Source: a virus. Taken from it: a stretch of 64,000 nucleotides of DNA. This document shows positions 30,235 through 42,494 of the stretch, piece by piece. The stretch is taken from positions 32,001 through 96,000 of IMG/VR virus record IMGVR_UViG_3300046782_000129. One strand, written 5' to 3'. Position numbers and translations under genes: made by a program. Below the pieces are notes generated by a model, which was not told the DNA's origin, did no database searches, and was given only the letters and a program-made list of their open reading frames with translations. Position 1 is the stretch's first letter. Each line of letters opens with the position of its first letter.

Positions 30235-30263
30235 TTGACAAATGGAGTGATTGGGCGTATACT
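30235..30263 (+). promoter_or_regulatory. sigma70-type promoter
   Basis: TTGACA-N17-TATACT. Confidence 0.8.
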
Positions 30264-30295
30264 TGTTCTGTAAGGTCATGGAGGACAACAAAGTT

Positions 30296-31150
30296 ATGGC
30301 ACACACACCCACGGTCCACAATCCGACGCACTTCGAACCCGCGCACTACGAGGTCGTAGACTATCTTGACAACAAGCGTCCCGCCTACTACGGGCAGGGC
30401 ATCGAAGCGTTCGAAGCCGAGATCAAGTTCTGGCAGGACGAGATGATCGCCACCTTCGGCGCGGACTACGCGAAGAAGATTCACCACTGCGTTCACTGCG
30501 GCAACGGTCGCGTGCGCTGGATCACGGCGACCAAGCACCTCCCCACGGGCGACGTGGTGGTCTTCGGGTCGGACTGCACGGCGCGTCTCGGGTTCCGCAA
30601 TCAGGTCGCCTTCAAGCTGGCGCAGCTTCAGGCGAAGGCGGAAGCCGGTCACAAGCGGATGAAGATTTGGGTCGCCCGCACGGCGTTCCTCGCGGCGAAT
30701 CCGGAGTTCGCGGCGGCGGTCGAGCAGGCGAAGAACGAAGTCCACGCGAAGAATACCTTCGTGGCCGACGTCATCAGCAAGCTGAACCTTTACGGAAGCC
30801 TCTCAGAGCGTCAGGTGGCGGCGGTCATCAAGTCCATCGCCCGTGACATCGAGATGGCGTCAGGCAAGGCGGCAGAGGCCACCGAGGTCAAGGGAGACGC
30901 CCCCACGGGTCGCCAGACGGTCACCGGGGTCATCCTGAGCATCAAGCAGGTCGAAGGCTACTACGGCTGGCAGTCGAAGATGCTCCTCAAGCTGGAGAAC
31001 AACGCCCGCGTGTGGCTGACGGTCCCCAGCAAGGCGGCGGTGGAGGTCAAGAACACCATCACGGTGACGGCCACCTTCGAAGTCAGCAAGGATGACAAGT
31101 CCTTCGCCTTCGGTAAGCGTCCGAGTCTGGTCAGCGTCAAGGCGGCGTGA
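30296..31150 (+). CDS. Phage protein with Zn site and C-terminal OB-like domain
   Basis: CVHCG...GSDC; LSERQ; strong codon bias. Confidence 0.7.
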   Translation: MAHTPTVHNPTHFEPAHYEVVDYLDNKRPAYYGQGIEAFEAEIKFWQDEMIATFGADYAKKIHHCVHCGNGRVRWITATKHLPTGDVVVFGSDCTARLGFRNQVAFKLAQLQAKAEAGHKRMKIWVARTAFLAANPEFAAAVEQAKNEVHAKNTFVADVISKLNLYGSLSERQVAAVIKSIARDIEMASGKAAEATEVKGDAPTGRQTVTGVILSIKQVEGYYGWQSKMLLKLENNARVWLTVPSKAAVEVKNTITVTATFEVSKDDKSFAFGKRPSLVSVKAA

Positions 31151-31234
31151 AATCGATTGCAGGGGGAGGGGGTTGACAAACTCCTCCCCCTCATGCGATA
31201 CTGGGTGGGTAAGGTAGTCCCAAAGGAGTTGGGT

Positions 31235-31591
31235 ATGACAGACATGACGGTCGCAAAGACGATTCTGGAACAGCTTGGTGGGCGACGGTTCTCGGTGATG
31301 ACCGGAGCCAAGAACTTCATCGGCAGCGAAAACACTCTGTCCTTCCGTTTGCCCGGTAGCGGCTTCGCCAAGGATGGCATCAACGCTGTTCGGGTCACGC
31401 TCAATGGGCTGGATCTGTATGACGTGGAGTTCTCGCGGGTGCGTGGGGCCAAGGTCAAGGTCCTGCACACGGAGACGAACATCTACGGCGACAAGCTGGC
31501 GGAGGCGTTCCGTCTCTGCACGGGCCTGAACACGTCGCTGGGCACCATGGGTGGCGAGATGCGGCGGTTCAACAACCGCCACGAGGATTAA
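31235..31591 (+). CDS. Conserved phage hypothetical protein
   Basis: TILEQLGGRRFSVMTGAK...DLYDVEF; promoter at 31173. Confidence 0.7.
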   Translation: MTDMTVAKTILEQLGGRRFSVMTGAKNFIGSENTLSFRLPGSGFAKDGINAVRVTLNGLDLYDVEFSRVRGAKVKVLHTETNIYGDKLAEAFRLCTGLNTSLGTMGGEMRRFNNRHED

Positions 31592-32285
31592 GGCCATGGC
31601 GTTCAAGATGCCGTGGGGGCGGGAAGAAACGGCGGAGCGGCTGGCCAGAGCCTTGATGTCCACTGGCGACAGCTACCGCAGGGGGTGCATGTCCAGACTC
31701 ACCTACCGGTCGCATATGGCATCCTTGTGGGGGCAGGCACGGGTGCATGGGGTGATGGCAGAAGTCGAGGCACAGGTGGACCCAGCGTTGGTGGGTCTCC
31801 GGCCACTCGGGGAGCAGAGGATCGCATGAAACCGCATCAGTGTTTTAGTCGTTCAGGATGGTGGCAGACGCTGTGTGGACTCGATGCCGCCAATCAAGGG
31901 TTCGGGTGGACGTCGGTGCCGGGTAACGTGGGTTGCATCGAGTGCAAAAAGCTGATTCAAAAGGGTGAGCACTTGAAGTGGACAGAGAAGCACATTCTTG
32001 TCTCGATGCGAGTGAGGGATCGAGCAGAGCAGTTGAAGCCGTCTCCGACATCGGAGACGTGTCAGGCACTGGTAGCGGCAGGCTACAAGCCCTACGCCAA
32101 GCGATGGGTGCGGGGCAAGCTGATGGAGGTCATCTCCCTGCCGTTCGTGCAGGACGGCCACACGAAGGGGTGTGGCATCGGGTTGATGGTGCGGGAGCCG
32201 GATGATCCGACCACGATGGTCGAGTGGTCCATCCCGGTGGTGGAAGTCAGGGCAGCATTACAGCAGAAAAGGAGCCGGTAAGCGC

Positions 32286-32852
32286 GTGAAGAAGACAGTG
32301 TGGTGGGTGGTGGTGAGTCTGGCCATGGCGGGGGCCAGTCTGGTGATGGGTCGAGGGACGGCGTGGGCGCAGGAGACGCAGGAACCAAGAGCCGTTGTCC
32401 TGTGTAACGGGGACCTGACCAAGGTGTCGGTGACGGAGGCCGAGTGGGCACGGATGGACTTTCTGGAGCAACACACGGAGTGCTTCAATACGTGGATCCG
32501 TAAGAATGTGGCGCAGGCGCAACCGACTCCGGTTGCTCAGGAACACGGTCGAAAGCTAGCCATCGCTGGATTGGTCGTGACACTTGCTGGCGTGGCATTG
32601 GTTCTCCCGCAGGGGCACAACGATTACATTCTCGGAGATACGTATTGCGTGCAGGACACCACGTCCAGCGTGAGCGTGGACTACGGAAGCTGCACGTCAG
32701 TGGCTCCGAAATACGGAGCTATCGCGTTGGCGGCAGGCGTGACGATGATGGCCATCGGATTCCATCAGATGAGCGTGTCGCCTGAAATCACGCCGACGAG
32801 CAAGGCCATCAAGGCCACCATCAAGTGGGGAGGATCACATGCCAAACGTTGA
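32286..32852 (+). CDS. Putative secreted/membrane protein
   Basis: Signal peptide (AWA) and two hydrophobic segments. Confidence 0.55.
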   Translation: MKKTVWWVVVSLAMAGASLVMGRGTAWAQETQEPRAVVLCNGDLTKVSVTEAEWARMDFLEQHTECFNTWIRKNVAQAQPTPVAQEHGRKLAIAGLVVTLAGVALVLPQGHNDYILGDTYCVQDTTSSVSVDYGSCTSVAPKYGAIALAAGVTMMAIGFHQMSVSPEITPTSKAIKATIKWGGSHAKR

Positions 32853-33069
32853 AGACGACAACCTGTTGAAGTGGACGGCAGAGGCCAAGACGGTCGGCAT
32901 CCACGTGGACGAGACGCTGAAGTTCAGTTCTCGGCACTGGCCAGACACCTTCCAGTACGAGGGCATCACGTGGAAGAAGGACAATGCTCTGACGGCGGCG
33001 AACGGCGAAGTCCAGTACGTTGAGTACACGGACGGCAACGGCAAGTGGCTGGTGGTCTACCGGGACTAA
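32839..33069 (+). CDS. Hypothetical protein
   Basis: GGAGG RBS. Confidence 0.55.
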   Translation: MPNVEDDNLLKWTAEAKTVGIHVDETLKFSSRHWPDTFQYEGITWKKDNALTAANGEVQYVEYTDGNGKWLVVYRD

Positions 33070-33099
33070 CGGTGCAATCAGTTGCCAAGGAGGGCGGCG

Positions 33100-33441
33100 G
33101 TGTTGAAGAAGATCGTGTCATTCGGGTTCCGCCACAACGGCGGGCCGGTGGCGGTGGCAGGGATTGTGGTGGTGGATGTCCGGAGGATGTTCAGGAATCC
33201 CTTCCACGATCAAACGCTCCGAGACAAGAACGGCACGGACCCTGACGTGCAGGCAGACGTGATGAAGACGCCGAACTTCGACGCCAAGTACGCCCACGTC
33301 AGGGATCAGGTGACCACACCGGGCATCGAAGAGGCGTGGATCGGGTGCTCAGGGGGCCATCATCGGAGTGTGTTTCTGGCGGAGAAGTTGGGGCAGGAGT
33401 TGGGCGTCACGGTCGAGCACCGGGACATCGAGAAACCGTAA
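33100..33441 (+). CDS. Stand-alone RapZ C-terminal-domain protein
   Basis: SFGFRH, DVR.F.NP, IGCSGGHHRSV. Confidence 0.8.
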   Translation: MLKKIVSFGFRHNGGPVAVAGIVVVDVRRMFRNPFHDQTLRDKNGTDPDVQADVMKTPNFDAKYAHVRDQVTTPGIEEAWIGCSGGHHRSVFLAEKLGQELGVTVEHRDIEKP

Positions 33442-33716
33442 AGGAGAACGTGATGCTGATCAAACTGCGACCGATGCAGTTATCGGAACAGGAACGTCAA
33501 GAGTTGGTGCGGCTGCGTGGGGAAGTGGCCAAGCTGAAGTCGGAGCGACGGGGGTCGAGGGCGAAGGGATCGCATCTGCACAGTCGAGTGTGGACGATGA
33601 TGGAGATGCTGGGCGAGTTGGTGGAGCCGGGGTTGAAGACGATTAAGAAGCGTCGGTATGACGATGCCGTCGAGCCGGTGAAGCGTCTGTTGGGCTGGGA
33701 GTAGACGCCAAGAGCC

Positions 33717-33962
33717 ATGAGCTACAAGGATGAACAGGATCTGCTCTTCCAAGAGATGGAAGACCGGCAGCGGCTGGCAGAGAAGGTCGAGCGAGAGCGG
33801 GTGTGGAAGTACGAGTGGGTAAGTCTGGGGTATCCTGAAGCCGGGTTTGAAGCGTGGTTCAAACTGGTGCAGGATCTGGTGAAACTCGATCCCCAATACA
33901 CGTCCATTGTGGACTACATGGAGTCGTTTTTCGAAAATCGCAAGGTGGCGAAGAAGAAATAG
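33717..33962 (+). CDS. Hypothetical protein
   Basis: In-operon ORF. Confidence 0.5.
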   Translation: MSYKDEQDLLFQEMEDRQRLAEKVERERVWKYEWVSLGYPEAGFEAWFKLVQDLVKLDPQYTSIVDYMESFFENRKVAKKK

Positions 33963-34261
33963 GAGAGGGCCATGGAGGGCGACGTGAAGGGCAAGTTTTG
34001 TGCGGAGTGTGGGTGGCCGGATTTTTGTCGGACGGATTGCCGAAGGACGACGGCACATGACCGATACCGGCAACGGCAGGCGTGGGTGGCCACGGTCATG
34101 CTCCAGACGGCGGGGAATGAGGAACAGCGGGGATACTGGAAAAGGCAGCTAAATTGGGCCGAAAAAGCCCAAGAAATGGCCGCTTGACAAACCACCCCCT
34201 GACATGAGACAATGGTCTTACGTCAGCCGCCCAACGGAGTGAGCGGCACCCAAGGAGCCTT

Positions 34262-35269
34262 ATGAACCTCAACGAATCAGTCGCCAAGCTGCACAGTCTT
34301 CTTCCCTCCCTCTCGGCCCGTGACGCCAAGTTCGCGTCCGACCTGATCGCGTCCTACAAGAAGTACAACGGTCTGACCCCCAAGCAGGAGCCGTGGATCG
34401 GTCGCCTGATTGCCCGTGCAACGATCCCAGCGTTTCAGGTGGTGGCGTCGTCTCCGGTGGTCGCAGGTCCGGTGGTCAGCGTCGGCGGGTTCGAAGGCGT
34501 CATCGCCCTCTTCAACGCGGCGAAGGCGCACCTGAAGTTCCCGAAGATCACGCTGGTCTGCAACGGCCAGACCATCAAGTTGGCCCTGCTCGGCGCGAAG
34601 TCGAAGCACGTCGGCGCGGTGAACATCACGGACGGCGGCAAGTACCCGCACGCGGTGTGGTTCGGTCGCGTGACCCCCAACGGTGAGTGGACGCAATCGT
34701 CCAAGACCGCCCCGGAGTTCACAGCCGCCCTGACGGCTCTCCTCAAGGAGTTCAGCGAGAACCCCGCCCGTGTCGCCAAGGAGCACGGCAAGCTGACGGG
34801 TCTCTGCTGCTTCTGCAACAAGGCCGTGGGCTACGGCGAAGACAAGCGGTCTATCGCGGTGGGCTTCGGTCCGGACTGCGCGAAGAACTACGGTCTCAAG
34901 GCCGAGTGGCTGGCGGGCGTGGCCAAGGCGGAGGCGGGGATCACGGAGGTCCCCACCCTGACGGCCAGCATCGCAGCGGTGGACGCGGCGGTGGCGGGGG
35001 CAGTGACCCCCGCCCCGGTGGTGGAGAAGCTGGAAGAGAAGCTGGCGGTCATCGACGCGGCGGCTGATGCCTTCTTCGGGGGCGACACGGCGGCGGTGGT
35101 CGAGGCCAAGGCCGAGAAGATCGCGGCGGCGAAGACGGACAACGAACTTCTCGCAGCCATCATCTTCGGTGAGCCAGTGAAGTGCTTCTTGTGCGGCGAG
35201 GAAGCGCATGAGACGAAGGAGCTACACGGTCTCAAGGTGTGCTTGGACTGCGTGAAGCAACTGGTCTGA
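34262..35269 (+). CDS. DUF6011-like Zn-finger domain protein
   Basis: CCFCNK...SIAVGFGPDCA; promoter at 34184. Confidence 0.7.
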   Translation: MNLNESVAKLHSLLPSLSARDAKFASDLIASYKKYNGLTPKQEPWIGRLIARATIPAFQVVASSPVVAGPVVSVGGFEGVIALFNAAKAHLKFPKITLVCNGQTIKLALLGAKSKHVGAVNITDGGKYPHAVWFGRVTPNGEWTQSSKTAPEFTAALTALLKEFSENPARVAKEHGKLTGLCCFCNKAVGYGEDKRSIAVGFGPDCAKNYGLKAEWLAGVAKAEAGITEVPTLTASIAAVDAAVAGAVTPAPVVEKLEEKLAVIDAAADAFFGGDTAAVVEAKAEKIAAAKTDNELLAAIIFGEPVKCFLCGEEAHETKELHGLKVCLDCVKQLV

Positions 35270-35365
35270 AGTCCTTGCCGTCGAGATGGGAGTCAAAGCG
35301 GCAGGGCAGGGGTGGCGCGGGGCGAATGTCCCGGCCATCCCGGTTCGTTTTTTTGTGGAGGATGA

Positions 35366-35611
35366 ATGGCTAAGCGAAAGCACTGGACACAAACCCCGGC
35401 AGGCAAGAAGAAGATCGCGGCGGCAAAGAATTGGGGACGGCCCAAGAAGACGGAACCCACCAAGAAGAAGATGACGAACGGCAGCGGGAAGAAACCGGCC
35501 AAGGCCGAAGTGATGGAATTGGCGAGAGCGGGGGCACGTCAGCGGTTACAGGATATCGAGCGGGAGCGGCAGAAGCTGTTGATCTTCTTGGACGAGCCGC
35601 ACGATGCCTAA
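35366..35611 (+). CDS. Small basic protein
   Basis: GGAGG RBS, Lys-rich. Confidence 0.55.
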   Translation: MAKRKHWTQTPAGKKKIAAAKNWGRPKKTEPTKKKMTNGSGKKPAKAEVMELARAGARQRLQDIERERQKLLIFLDEPHDA

Positions 35612-35831
35612 GCCTCCGCGTCGGCGGCAGATTGCCCCCCGCATGGCGGGCGGGTTGATCCGAGTCAGCATTGGCCACGGTCTTCCGCCACAGGTCAAGG
35701 AGGGGCTGAAGATGCTGGCCTACAAGCGGGGCCAGTCGGTGAGTTGGGTGCTGGAGCAGGTGATCATCGAGTATTTTGACCTGCAACGACCGGTCTACAT
35801 CCAGCCGAAGAAGAAACCCGTGAAGGACTGA
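35604..35831 (+). CDS. Ribbon-helix-helix-like regulator
   Basis: LPPQVKEGLKMLAYKRGQSVSWVLEQVI. Confidence 0.55.
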   Translation: MPKPPRRRQIAPRMAGGLIRVSIGHGLPPQVKEGLKMLAYKRGQSVSWVLEQVIIEYFDLQRPVYIQPKKKPVKD

Positions 35832-36385
35832 GTGGGTGGTATCATCTGATACCACATGACGGCGGTCTGGATAGTCGTCGGCATTTTTGTTGGCTGGGGA
35901 TTGGCCGGATGGTTGACGGGGCACAAGAATCCGTGGACGTCGTTGTGGCATTGGATGCGTGGACATCCCATCAAGGCGACGACCGTGATCGTGGCCATCA
36001 TACTGGTCACCGGCCAGTTACTGTTCGGGTGGTTCGTACACAAGAAGTCGGAGACCTCAAATGATCCCTGCACTGGGTATGTTGTTGCTGATCGCCGTGC
36101 TGATACAATGGCCGAAGTGGAAACGACAACGCGCCGAAGTTCACATGTCACGCGATTGGATGCGAGAGCACGTGTATCGAGCCGGAATAGAACGGTATCG
36201 TTGGTAAGTCATTAAAAAATAATTGATCGCCGGATTAAAATAATGGGTCGGCCCCACGGATCGCTGGGGGGGAAGAGAGCGATTCAACGAGCACCTTGCA
36301 CCAACAAAACTAATCGTGGGTCAGGCCGGTTACGGTATACTTGTGCTTTGCTGATACCGTTCCGCGTGAAGGAGTCCGCCTGCCG

Positions 36386-39300
36386 ATGGACGATTATCAG
36401 AATCTTGCTGTTGGGGTTGTAGAGGTTCCCCCGTCTCCCGCCCAAACGGGGAAGACTGTTCGTCTGAAGACCGGTCACGGTCAGCGATTCCCCGATCCTC
36501 CGTTCAACGTCACGGCGTGGCCGAAGATCGGCATGCCCAATCCGGACAACGCTGAGATTGCTCGATGCACAGCCGTCGAAGGCGATGACCTGACGCTGGA
36601 GATACGTGGCTATCAGGACACGGTGCCACGAGCCATCCAATCCGGTGACTGGATCGCGGCGACGATCACGGATGAAACGATCATCGAACTGCACCGGCCA
36701 GTCTTTGCTAAGTATCTGGTCCAGCAACCGTACATAGACCTGCCCAACGCGCAAGCTATCGGAGACCTAGAGACCGGCTACCTGAAGGGTGAGACCAGCA
36801 CGGGTATCGTCAGTTCCGTGCAACTGATTGCCACGACGGACTTGGAACTGCCCCACGATGATTCGGTCTACCTGAACGGCGAAGGTGAGTTTGTCGAACC
36901 CCCACCGGGGCCAGATGGTCCTCCGGGGCCTGAAGGTCCGCAGGGAGAACAAGGAGCACAAGGCGTCCAAGGCCCTCAGGGTATTCCGGGACCCACAGGT
37001 CCACAAGGCCCAGTCGGTTCAGAAGGCCCCACCGGGGAGACCGGGGCGGATGGACCTGAAGGTCCGCAGGGGGTGCCCGGAGTGACGGGTCCTCAAGGGT
37101 CCACCGGGCCAGCCGGTCCTCAGGGTTCGCAGGGGGTGCCGGGGGCGGTTGGAGCCACGGGACCTCCCGGAGCTACCGGAGCGACGGGATCGACCGGCCC
37201 AGCCGGTCCTATTGGCCCACAGGGTCCTGTGGGGGCCACGGGGCCGAAGGGGGCGACCGGAGACCAAGGTATCACCGGTCCACAGGGGGAAATGGGGGTT
37301 CCCGGTCCAGAAGGCCCACAGGGGACCACAGGAGCCACCGGGCAGACCGGACCACCGGGACCTCTTGGCCCAGCCGGTCCTACGGGATCGACCGGCCCAG
37401 CGGGTGTCCAAGGGGCGACAGGAGCTACGGGGGTGGCGGGGCCAGTCGGTCCTCAAGGTCCGCAAGGACCCATCGGCACGACCGGGCCAGCCGGTCCACT
37501 CGGTCCCAAGGGAGACAAGGGTGATACGGGAATTCAAGGCGTGCCGGGTCCGCAAGGATCACCGGGTGATACCGGTTCCACGGGTCCCGTAGGACCAGCC
37601 GGTGCCCAAGGAGCCAAGGGGGATCAGGGCGTGCCCGGTGTGCCGGGGCCAGAGGGTCCGGAAGGTCCAGCGGGAGCCGGGTTAGAAATCAAAGGCACGG
37701 TGCCAACAGTTGGGGACTTGCCACCAACCGGGGTGCCCGGAGATGCATGGCTGGCCGCAGATACTGGCCATTTGTGGGTCTGGGACGCAGAGACGAGCAC
37801 GTGGATCGATGCGGGTCAGTTGCAAGGGCCAGCCGGTCCTCAAGGCCCACAAGGTGTGGTCGGTCCTCAAGGCATACCGGGTGCGACAGGTCCTCAAGGG
37901 ACGACCGGTGCCCAAGGCGTTGCTGGTCCTCAAGGTTCGAAGGGCGATGTTGGCGCGACGGGTCCACAAGGGACGCAAGGTATCAAAGGGGATCCCGGAG
38001 TTGCTGGACCCTCAGGTCCTCAAGGACTCGATGGTCCGACAGGTCCGCAAGGCGCACAGGGAGCGAAGGGAGATACTGGTGCGACAGGACCGCAAGGGAC
38101 GAAGGGTGATCCGGGTACGCAGGGCATCCAAGGGACACAAGGCCCAGCGGGAGCTACCGGAGCCGATGGTCCAGCCGGTCCAGCAGGGTCTCAAGGTACG
38201 CAGGGGGTGCAGGGTCCGAAGGGAGACACGGGAGCCACTGGCACTACTGGGCCACAAGGTGATCCCGGACCCATTGGCAGCACTGGTCCGAAAGGTGATC
38301 CGGGTTCACAAGGTCCGATTGGAACCACAGGTCCTCCGGGGCCGCAAGGAATTCAGGGTCCGCTAGGTCCAGCCGGTCCAGATGGTCCGACCGGTCCCAA
38401 AGGAGATACGGGAGCGGCTGGACCACAAGGTTCCCAAGGCATTCAAGGAGCGACGGGAGCTACCGGTTCAACTGGAGCGACAGGTCCCGCAGGACCCACG
38501 GGGCCACAGGGGAATGATGGTCCACAAGGTGTGCAAGGGTTACAAGGATCCAAGGGGGACACCGGAGCCACCGGATCCCAAGGTCCAGCCGGAACTGATG
38601 GCGCACCGGGGGCCAAAGGAGACAAAGGGGATCCGGGTCCAGTTGGTCCAGAAGGTCCAGAGGGGCCACAAGGCCCACCGGGCACGGGTACAGGTGGTGG
38701 AGGCACGGACCTAGAGTACTTAGGCGATTACGTCTCGACCACGTATGACGATGGTGACATCGTGGTGGCGTCGGACGGAATCGCGTACATGTGTGTCAAG
38801 GATGGCGTCACGACGCCGCCTGAACCATGGCCGGGAACAGGCATCATTTCAGCGGTCGGTCCTCCGGGACCCACAGGACCGGTGGGACCACAGGGATTGC
38901 CGGGGCCAACAGGCTCAGCGGGAGCTACAGGAAGCCAAGGACCCGCAGGATCCAAAGGGGATCCGGGGCCACAAGGTGATCCGGGACCCAAGGGAGACAC
39001 AGGACCGACAGGACCACAGGGATCACAAGGTACGCAAGGCACACAGGGTCCGCAAGGATCACAAGGGAGTCAAGGGACGGCAGGTACGCCCGGAGAAAAA
39101 TGGTACTCAGATACGGGTGCGCCAGCCGGGGCCACAGGAATTGTTGGAGACTGGTACCTCGATACGGCGACAGGAGATTTTTACGAGAAGACCGCCACGT
39201 CAGCGTGGACGAATCGCGGCAACCTCAAGGGGCCGCAGGGTGCGGCAGGTTCACCGGGAGCGCAGGGCAATCCCGGCATTACACGTCCATTCAGACTCGG

Positions 39301-39613
39301 CCACACGTGGGGACTGGTGGGTGATGTCTCTGGCCTGACCACGTTGCCGTCGATTTTCATTCCGTTCAACGGGACGCAAGCCGCCACGTTGGTGGGTTTG
39401 CGTATGAAGATCGCCACGGGAACGAGCGTGGGCGTGCAGTTGAAACGCAATGGAGCCAATGTGGGAAGTGTGGTCACGGTGACCACGACCGTAGCGACGA
39501 CCACGCTGAGTCAGGTACTGGCCGCAGACGATGAACTCACCATTGTGTTGTCGTCTCCGGTCGGCACCCCAACGCATTTGACGGCGACGTTGTATATCGA
39601 GCACACACCCTGA
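36386..39613 (+). CDS. Collagen-like tail fibre protein
   Basis: Several hundred residues of G-X-Y repeats interrupted by globular modules. Confidence 0.85.
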   Translation: MDDYQNLAVGVVEVPPSPAQTGKTVRLKTGHGQRFPDPPFNVTAWPKIGMPNPDNAEIARCTAVEGDDLTLEIRGYQDTVPRAIQSGDWIAATITDETIIELHRPVFAKYLVQQPYIDLPNAQAIGDLETGYLKGETSTGIVSSVQLIATTDLELPHDDSVYLNGEGEFVEPPPGPDGPPGPEGPQGEQGAQGVQGPQGIPGPTGPQGPVGSEGPTGETGADGPEGPQGVPGVTGPQGSTGPAGPQGSQGVPGAVGATGPPGATGATGSTGPAGPIGPQGPVGATGPKGATGDQGITGPQGEMGVPGPEGPQGTTGATGQTGPPGPLGPAGPTGSTGPAGVQGATGATGVAGPVGPQGPQGPIGTTGPAGPLGPKGDKGDTGIQGVPGPQGSPGDTGSTGPVGPAGAQGAKGDQGVPGVPGPEGPEGPAGAGLEIKGTVPTVGDLPPTGVPGDAWLAADTGHLWVWDAETSTWIDAGQLQGPAGPQGPQGVVGPQGIPGATGPQGTTGAQGVAGPQGSKGDVGATGPQGTQGIKGDPGVAGPSGPQGLDGPTGPQGAQGAKGDTGATGPQGTKGDPGTQGIQGTQGPAGATGADGPAGPAGSQGTQGVQGPKGDTGATGTTGPQGDPGPIGSTGPKGDPGSQGPIGTTGPPGPQGIQGPLGPAGPDGPTGPKGDTGAAGPQGSQGIQGATGATGSTGATGPAGPTGPQGNDGPQGVQGLQGSKGDTGATGSQGPAGTDGAPGAKGDKGDPGPVGPEGPEGPQGPPGTGTGGGGTDLEYLGDYVSTTYDDGDIVVASDGIAYMCVKDGVTTPPEPWPGTGIISAVGPPGPTGPVGPQGLPGPTGSAGATGSQGPAGSKGDPGPQGDPGPKGDTGPTGPQGSQGTQGTQGPQGSQGSQGTAGTPGEKWYSDTGAPAGATGIVGDWYLDTATGDFYEKTATSAWTNRGNLKGPQGAAGSPGAQGNPGITRPFRLGHTWGLVGDVSGLTTLPSIFIPFNGTQAATLVGLRMKIATGTSVGVQLKRNGANVGSVVTVTTTVATTTLSQVLAADDELTIVLSSPVGTPTHLTATLYIEHTP

Positions 39614-40350
39614 TGGCAACAACCTCAGCGGTGCTCACGACGGTCGGGTCTCAGACGTGGAATTGGCCTGCGGGCGTGACGTCCGTGATTGCTGAAGCGA
39701 TTGGTGGTGGAGGGGGCAGTGGATCTGCCAATGCGAATCCCTCGACGGGTGGAGGCGGCAAAGGTGGCGGCTATGCCAAAGCGACCATCACCAAAGGGGC
39801 AGAAGCGTTATTGACCGTGGTGGTGGGAGGACCGGGACCGGCTGGAGCGGTTGGACCGCCATCCACCGTGACGCAAGGGGCTACTGTCGTCCTGTGTGCG
39901 GTCGGGGGTGGATTCGGAGCGACAGCGACGGTCGCTAGTACCAATGGGGCTGGAGCGACGACGGATAATGGTGGACCAGCGGTTGGATCAGTGACGTTTT
40001 CTGGAGGCAATGGCGGCACGGGGAATTACACGTCCGGTGTTGCTGGTTCAGGGGGCGGAGGCGGGGCAGCAGGACCTACGAGTGCAGGGGGAGCCGCGAA
40101 TGTGAATGTGGCAGGCACGGGAGGTACTGGGACGTTCTCTGACGGGAATAAGTATTCTGGAGCGGGTGCGGCTGGGGTTGGGAATAGCACGCAAGGAGCG
40201 GCTGCGCCGTCTGGAGTGTCCAACAGTGGAGGAGCCGCATCAGGAGGTAAAAGTAATTCAGGAGCCGCCAAAGGTGGGTGGTCAGGACGGCAGGGTGTTG
40301 TGGTTTTGACGTGGACGGTGTATCAGCAACCGATGGGAACGATCACATGA
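39613..40350 (+). CDS. Glycine-rich tail-associated protein
   Basis: [15 protein letters not shown]...GGGGKGGGY glycine-rich domain. Confidence 0.75.
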   Translation: MATTSAVLTTVGSQTWNWPAGVTSVIAEAIGGGGGSGSANANPSTGGGGKGGGYAKATITKGAEALLTVVVGGPGPAGAVGPPSTVTQGATVVLCAVGGGFGATATVASTNGAGATTDNGGPAVGSVTFSGGNGGTGNYTSGVAGSGGGGGAAGPTSAGGAANVNVAGTGGTGTFSDGNKYSGAGAAGVGNSTQGAAAPSGVSNSGGAASGGKSNSGAAKGGWSGRQGVVVLTWTVYQQPMGTIT

Positions 40351-42119
40351 GCGGACCAGATCCAGCCACTACTGAATGGGTTCCGATTTGGAACTCGCAG
40401 ACGTCTGGACCTGCGGGACCTCCGGGTCCACCCGGTCCTGATGGACCACAGGGTGATCCCGGTCCTACGGGACCTGTGGGTCCCCTTGGTCCGAAGGGAG
40501 ATGCTGGTCCCACGGGAGCGACGGGAACTCAAGGCGCGTCAGGACCACAAGGCGTACAAGGCTCACAGGGTGTGCCGGGTCCTACGGGATTGCCGGGACC
40601 CACGGGTCCGACCGGACCAACCGGACCGCAAGGTACGACTGGACCCCAAGGACCTATTGGAACCACGCCAGCCCTGACCGAAACGTTTTTGACGTCGGGG
40701 GCTGAGCCAGCCCTGCCCAATTCTCGGAAATTGATTGCAGGCGCGAACATCGTCCTCGATGCGACGACCCCCGGTCAGTTAGTGATCAACGGTGGCGGGG
40801 CGGGAGGCATGGATCTGGAGTACTTAGGCGGGTATGTCACGCCTAAGACGTATTTCGATGGCGATATCGTCATCGGAGACGATGGGGTCGCCTACATGTG
40901 CGTGGTGGACGGCACGACCACGCCACCAGAACCATGGCCGGGAGTCGGCATTGCCACGTCCGTAGGTCCTCCGGGACCACCGGGGCCAACCGGACCACAA
41001 GGTACCGTAGGCCCAGCCGGTCCGACCGGCCCAGCAGGACCCACGGGATCGACCGGCACTCAAGGTCCACAGGGTGTGGTAGGACCCACGGGTCCGAAGG
41101 GTGACACGGGACCGCAAGGCGTCCAAGGTATTCAAGGCCCACAAGGTGTGCAAGGCCCTGCGGGGGTGAGTGCGGCGGTCGATGCGACGTACTGGGTAGC
41201 GTCGGCCCACCCCACGTTGACCAACGAGCGAAATCTCGGGTCATTGGCGAATGGCTACGTCAAGAGTACCGGTGGGGAACCCAGCACGGTGGCCGTCATT
41301 CCCATTGCGGATGGCGGCACGGGAGCCACGAGCGCATCCGTGGCCCGGACGAATCTCGGACTTGGATCGATGGCCATTCAGAATTCAAACAGTGTGGCCA
41401 TCACGGGCGGCACAATAGCCGGATCGCATTCAGGCGATGGATCAGGACTGACGAATCTTCCAGCCGGTCAGTTGGTGGGTACGATACCCATCGGATCGAT
41501 TCCCGCAGGCGTGGCCCCCTTCAGCGGCATGATCGTGTTGAGCTTGTCTCCCTGTCCAGCGGGATGGACCCGCATTGCATGGATGGATGGCTATTTCCCG
41601 CGTAGCAATTCAGTGGCAGGAGGGTCAGGCGGATCAGGAAGCCATCAGCACGGAGTGGGGAGTTACGCAGCCCCAAGTCACGCGCACGATGCCGGGTCCC
41701 TCGTGACGGCCAGCCACAGCCACGGTGGCCGAGTTGATATCAACCTGAACACGAATAGTTCAGGGTCGCATGGCCATTCATTCAGCGTAAGTCTGACGGC
41801 CAGTGCTCACGTGGTGGCAGACACGAACAACGGCAGCAACAGCACGAACAACGTGCAGGGCGGATCGATTAGCGTGTCCAGTTGGGCGCACTCGCACCAC
41901 ATTGATACGAACGCTGACGTACCGATCAACTACAACGGCAGCACGGCGGGGGTCGGAGACCACTACCACAACGTGACAGGTTCGGCTGGAATCAGTGGAG
42001 ATGCCCCTGCGGTGTCTGGATCGACGGGCGTGGCCGGTGGACTCGCCATCACGGGTGCCTCAGATGTGGTGTCCCATTTGCCGTACTTCGTAGATTTCTT
42101 CTTCTGTCAAAAGAACTAA
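40347..42119 (+). CDS. Collagen-like tail fibre with HxH metal-binding needle tip
   Basis: G-X-Y runs, GGTGAT..ARTNLG, CPAGW, repeated HxH motifs, LPYF. Confidence 0.85.
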   Translation: MSGPDPATTEWVPIWNSQTSGPAGPPGPPGPDGPQGDPGPTGPVGPLGPKGDAGPTGATGTQGASGPQGVQGSQGVPGPTGLPGPTGPTGPTGPQGTTGPQGPIGTTPALTETFLTSGAEPALPNSRKLIAGANIVLDATTPGQLVINGGGAGGMDLEYLGGYVTPKTYFDGDIVIGDDGVAYMCVVDGTTTPPEPWPGVGIATSVGPPGPPGPTGPQGTVGPAGPTGPAGPTGSTGTQGPQGVVGPTGPKGDTGPQGVQGIQGPQGVQGPAGVSAAVDATYWVASAHPTLTNERNLGSLANGYVKSTGGEPSTVAVIPIADGGTGATSASVARTNLGLGSMAIQNSNSVAITGGTIAGSHSGDGSGLTNLPAGQLVGTIPIGSIPAGVAPFSGMIVLSLSPCPAGWTRIAWMDGYFPRSNSVAGGSGGSGSHQHGVGSYAAPSHAHDAGSLVTASHSHGGRVDINLNTNSSGSHGHSFSVSLTASAHVVADTNNGSNSTNNVQGGSISVSSWAHSHHIDTNADVPINYNGSTAGVGDHYHNVTGSAGISGDAPAVSGSTGVAGGLAITGASDVVSHLPYFVDFFFCQKN

Positions 42120-42122
42120 GCC

Positions 42123-42491
42123 ATGATTCTGAACTTCGAAGACGAGTTGGGGAAGCGGCACTTTGAGTTCTGTTTTGTGGGCTTCGTGTTGGGCGGAAGC
42201 CTCCAAAATCAGAAGGGCATGCAAGTCCTCAGAACCGAAGTGGGCCTCTTCGAAAAGCTGGAGAGTATCAGCGAGTTGAAATCCTGCGGCAAGAAGATGG
42301 TGAACGGGGAACCCGAACGCCAATTGAAGGCCGAAGGCAATGGGAGCCGCCAGATTCAAATCACCGTGCATGAGTTCGACTTGTTGTATAGCTACGTGAC
42401 TACGACACCATGGCAGTCAGGGACGCCCGCCAAGATGGCGGTGGAAACAATTGATTGGCTGGAGAACGCGAATCGTTCCAGCCGGGGGTGA
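42123..42491 (+). CDS. Hypothetical protein (possible fibre chaperone)
   Basis: Position after fibre gene. Confidence 0.55.
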   Translation: MILNFEDELGKRHFEFCFVGFVLGGSLQNQKGMQVLRTEVGLFEKLESISELKSCGKKMVNGEPERQLKAEGNGSRQIQITVHEFDLLYSYVTTTPWQSGTPAKMAVETIDWLENANRSSRG

Positions 42492-42494
42492 TGG

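Noticed and set aside
36767-41244. Numerous overlapping alternative-frame ORFs in the collagen genes
   Set aside because: Shadows of GGN-CCN-rich G-X-Y repeats in GC-rich DNA.
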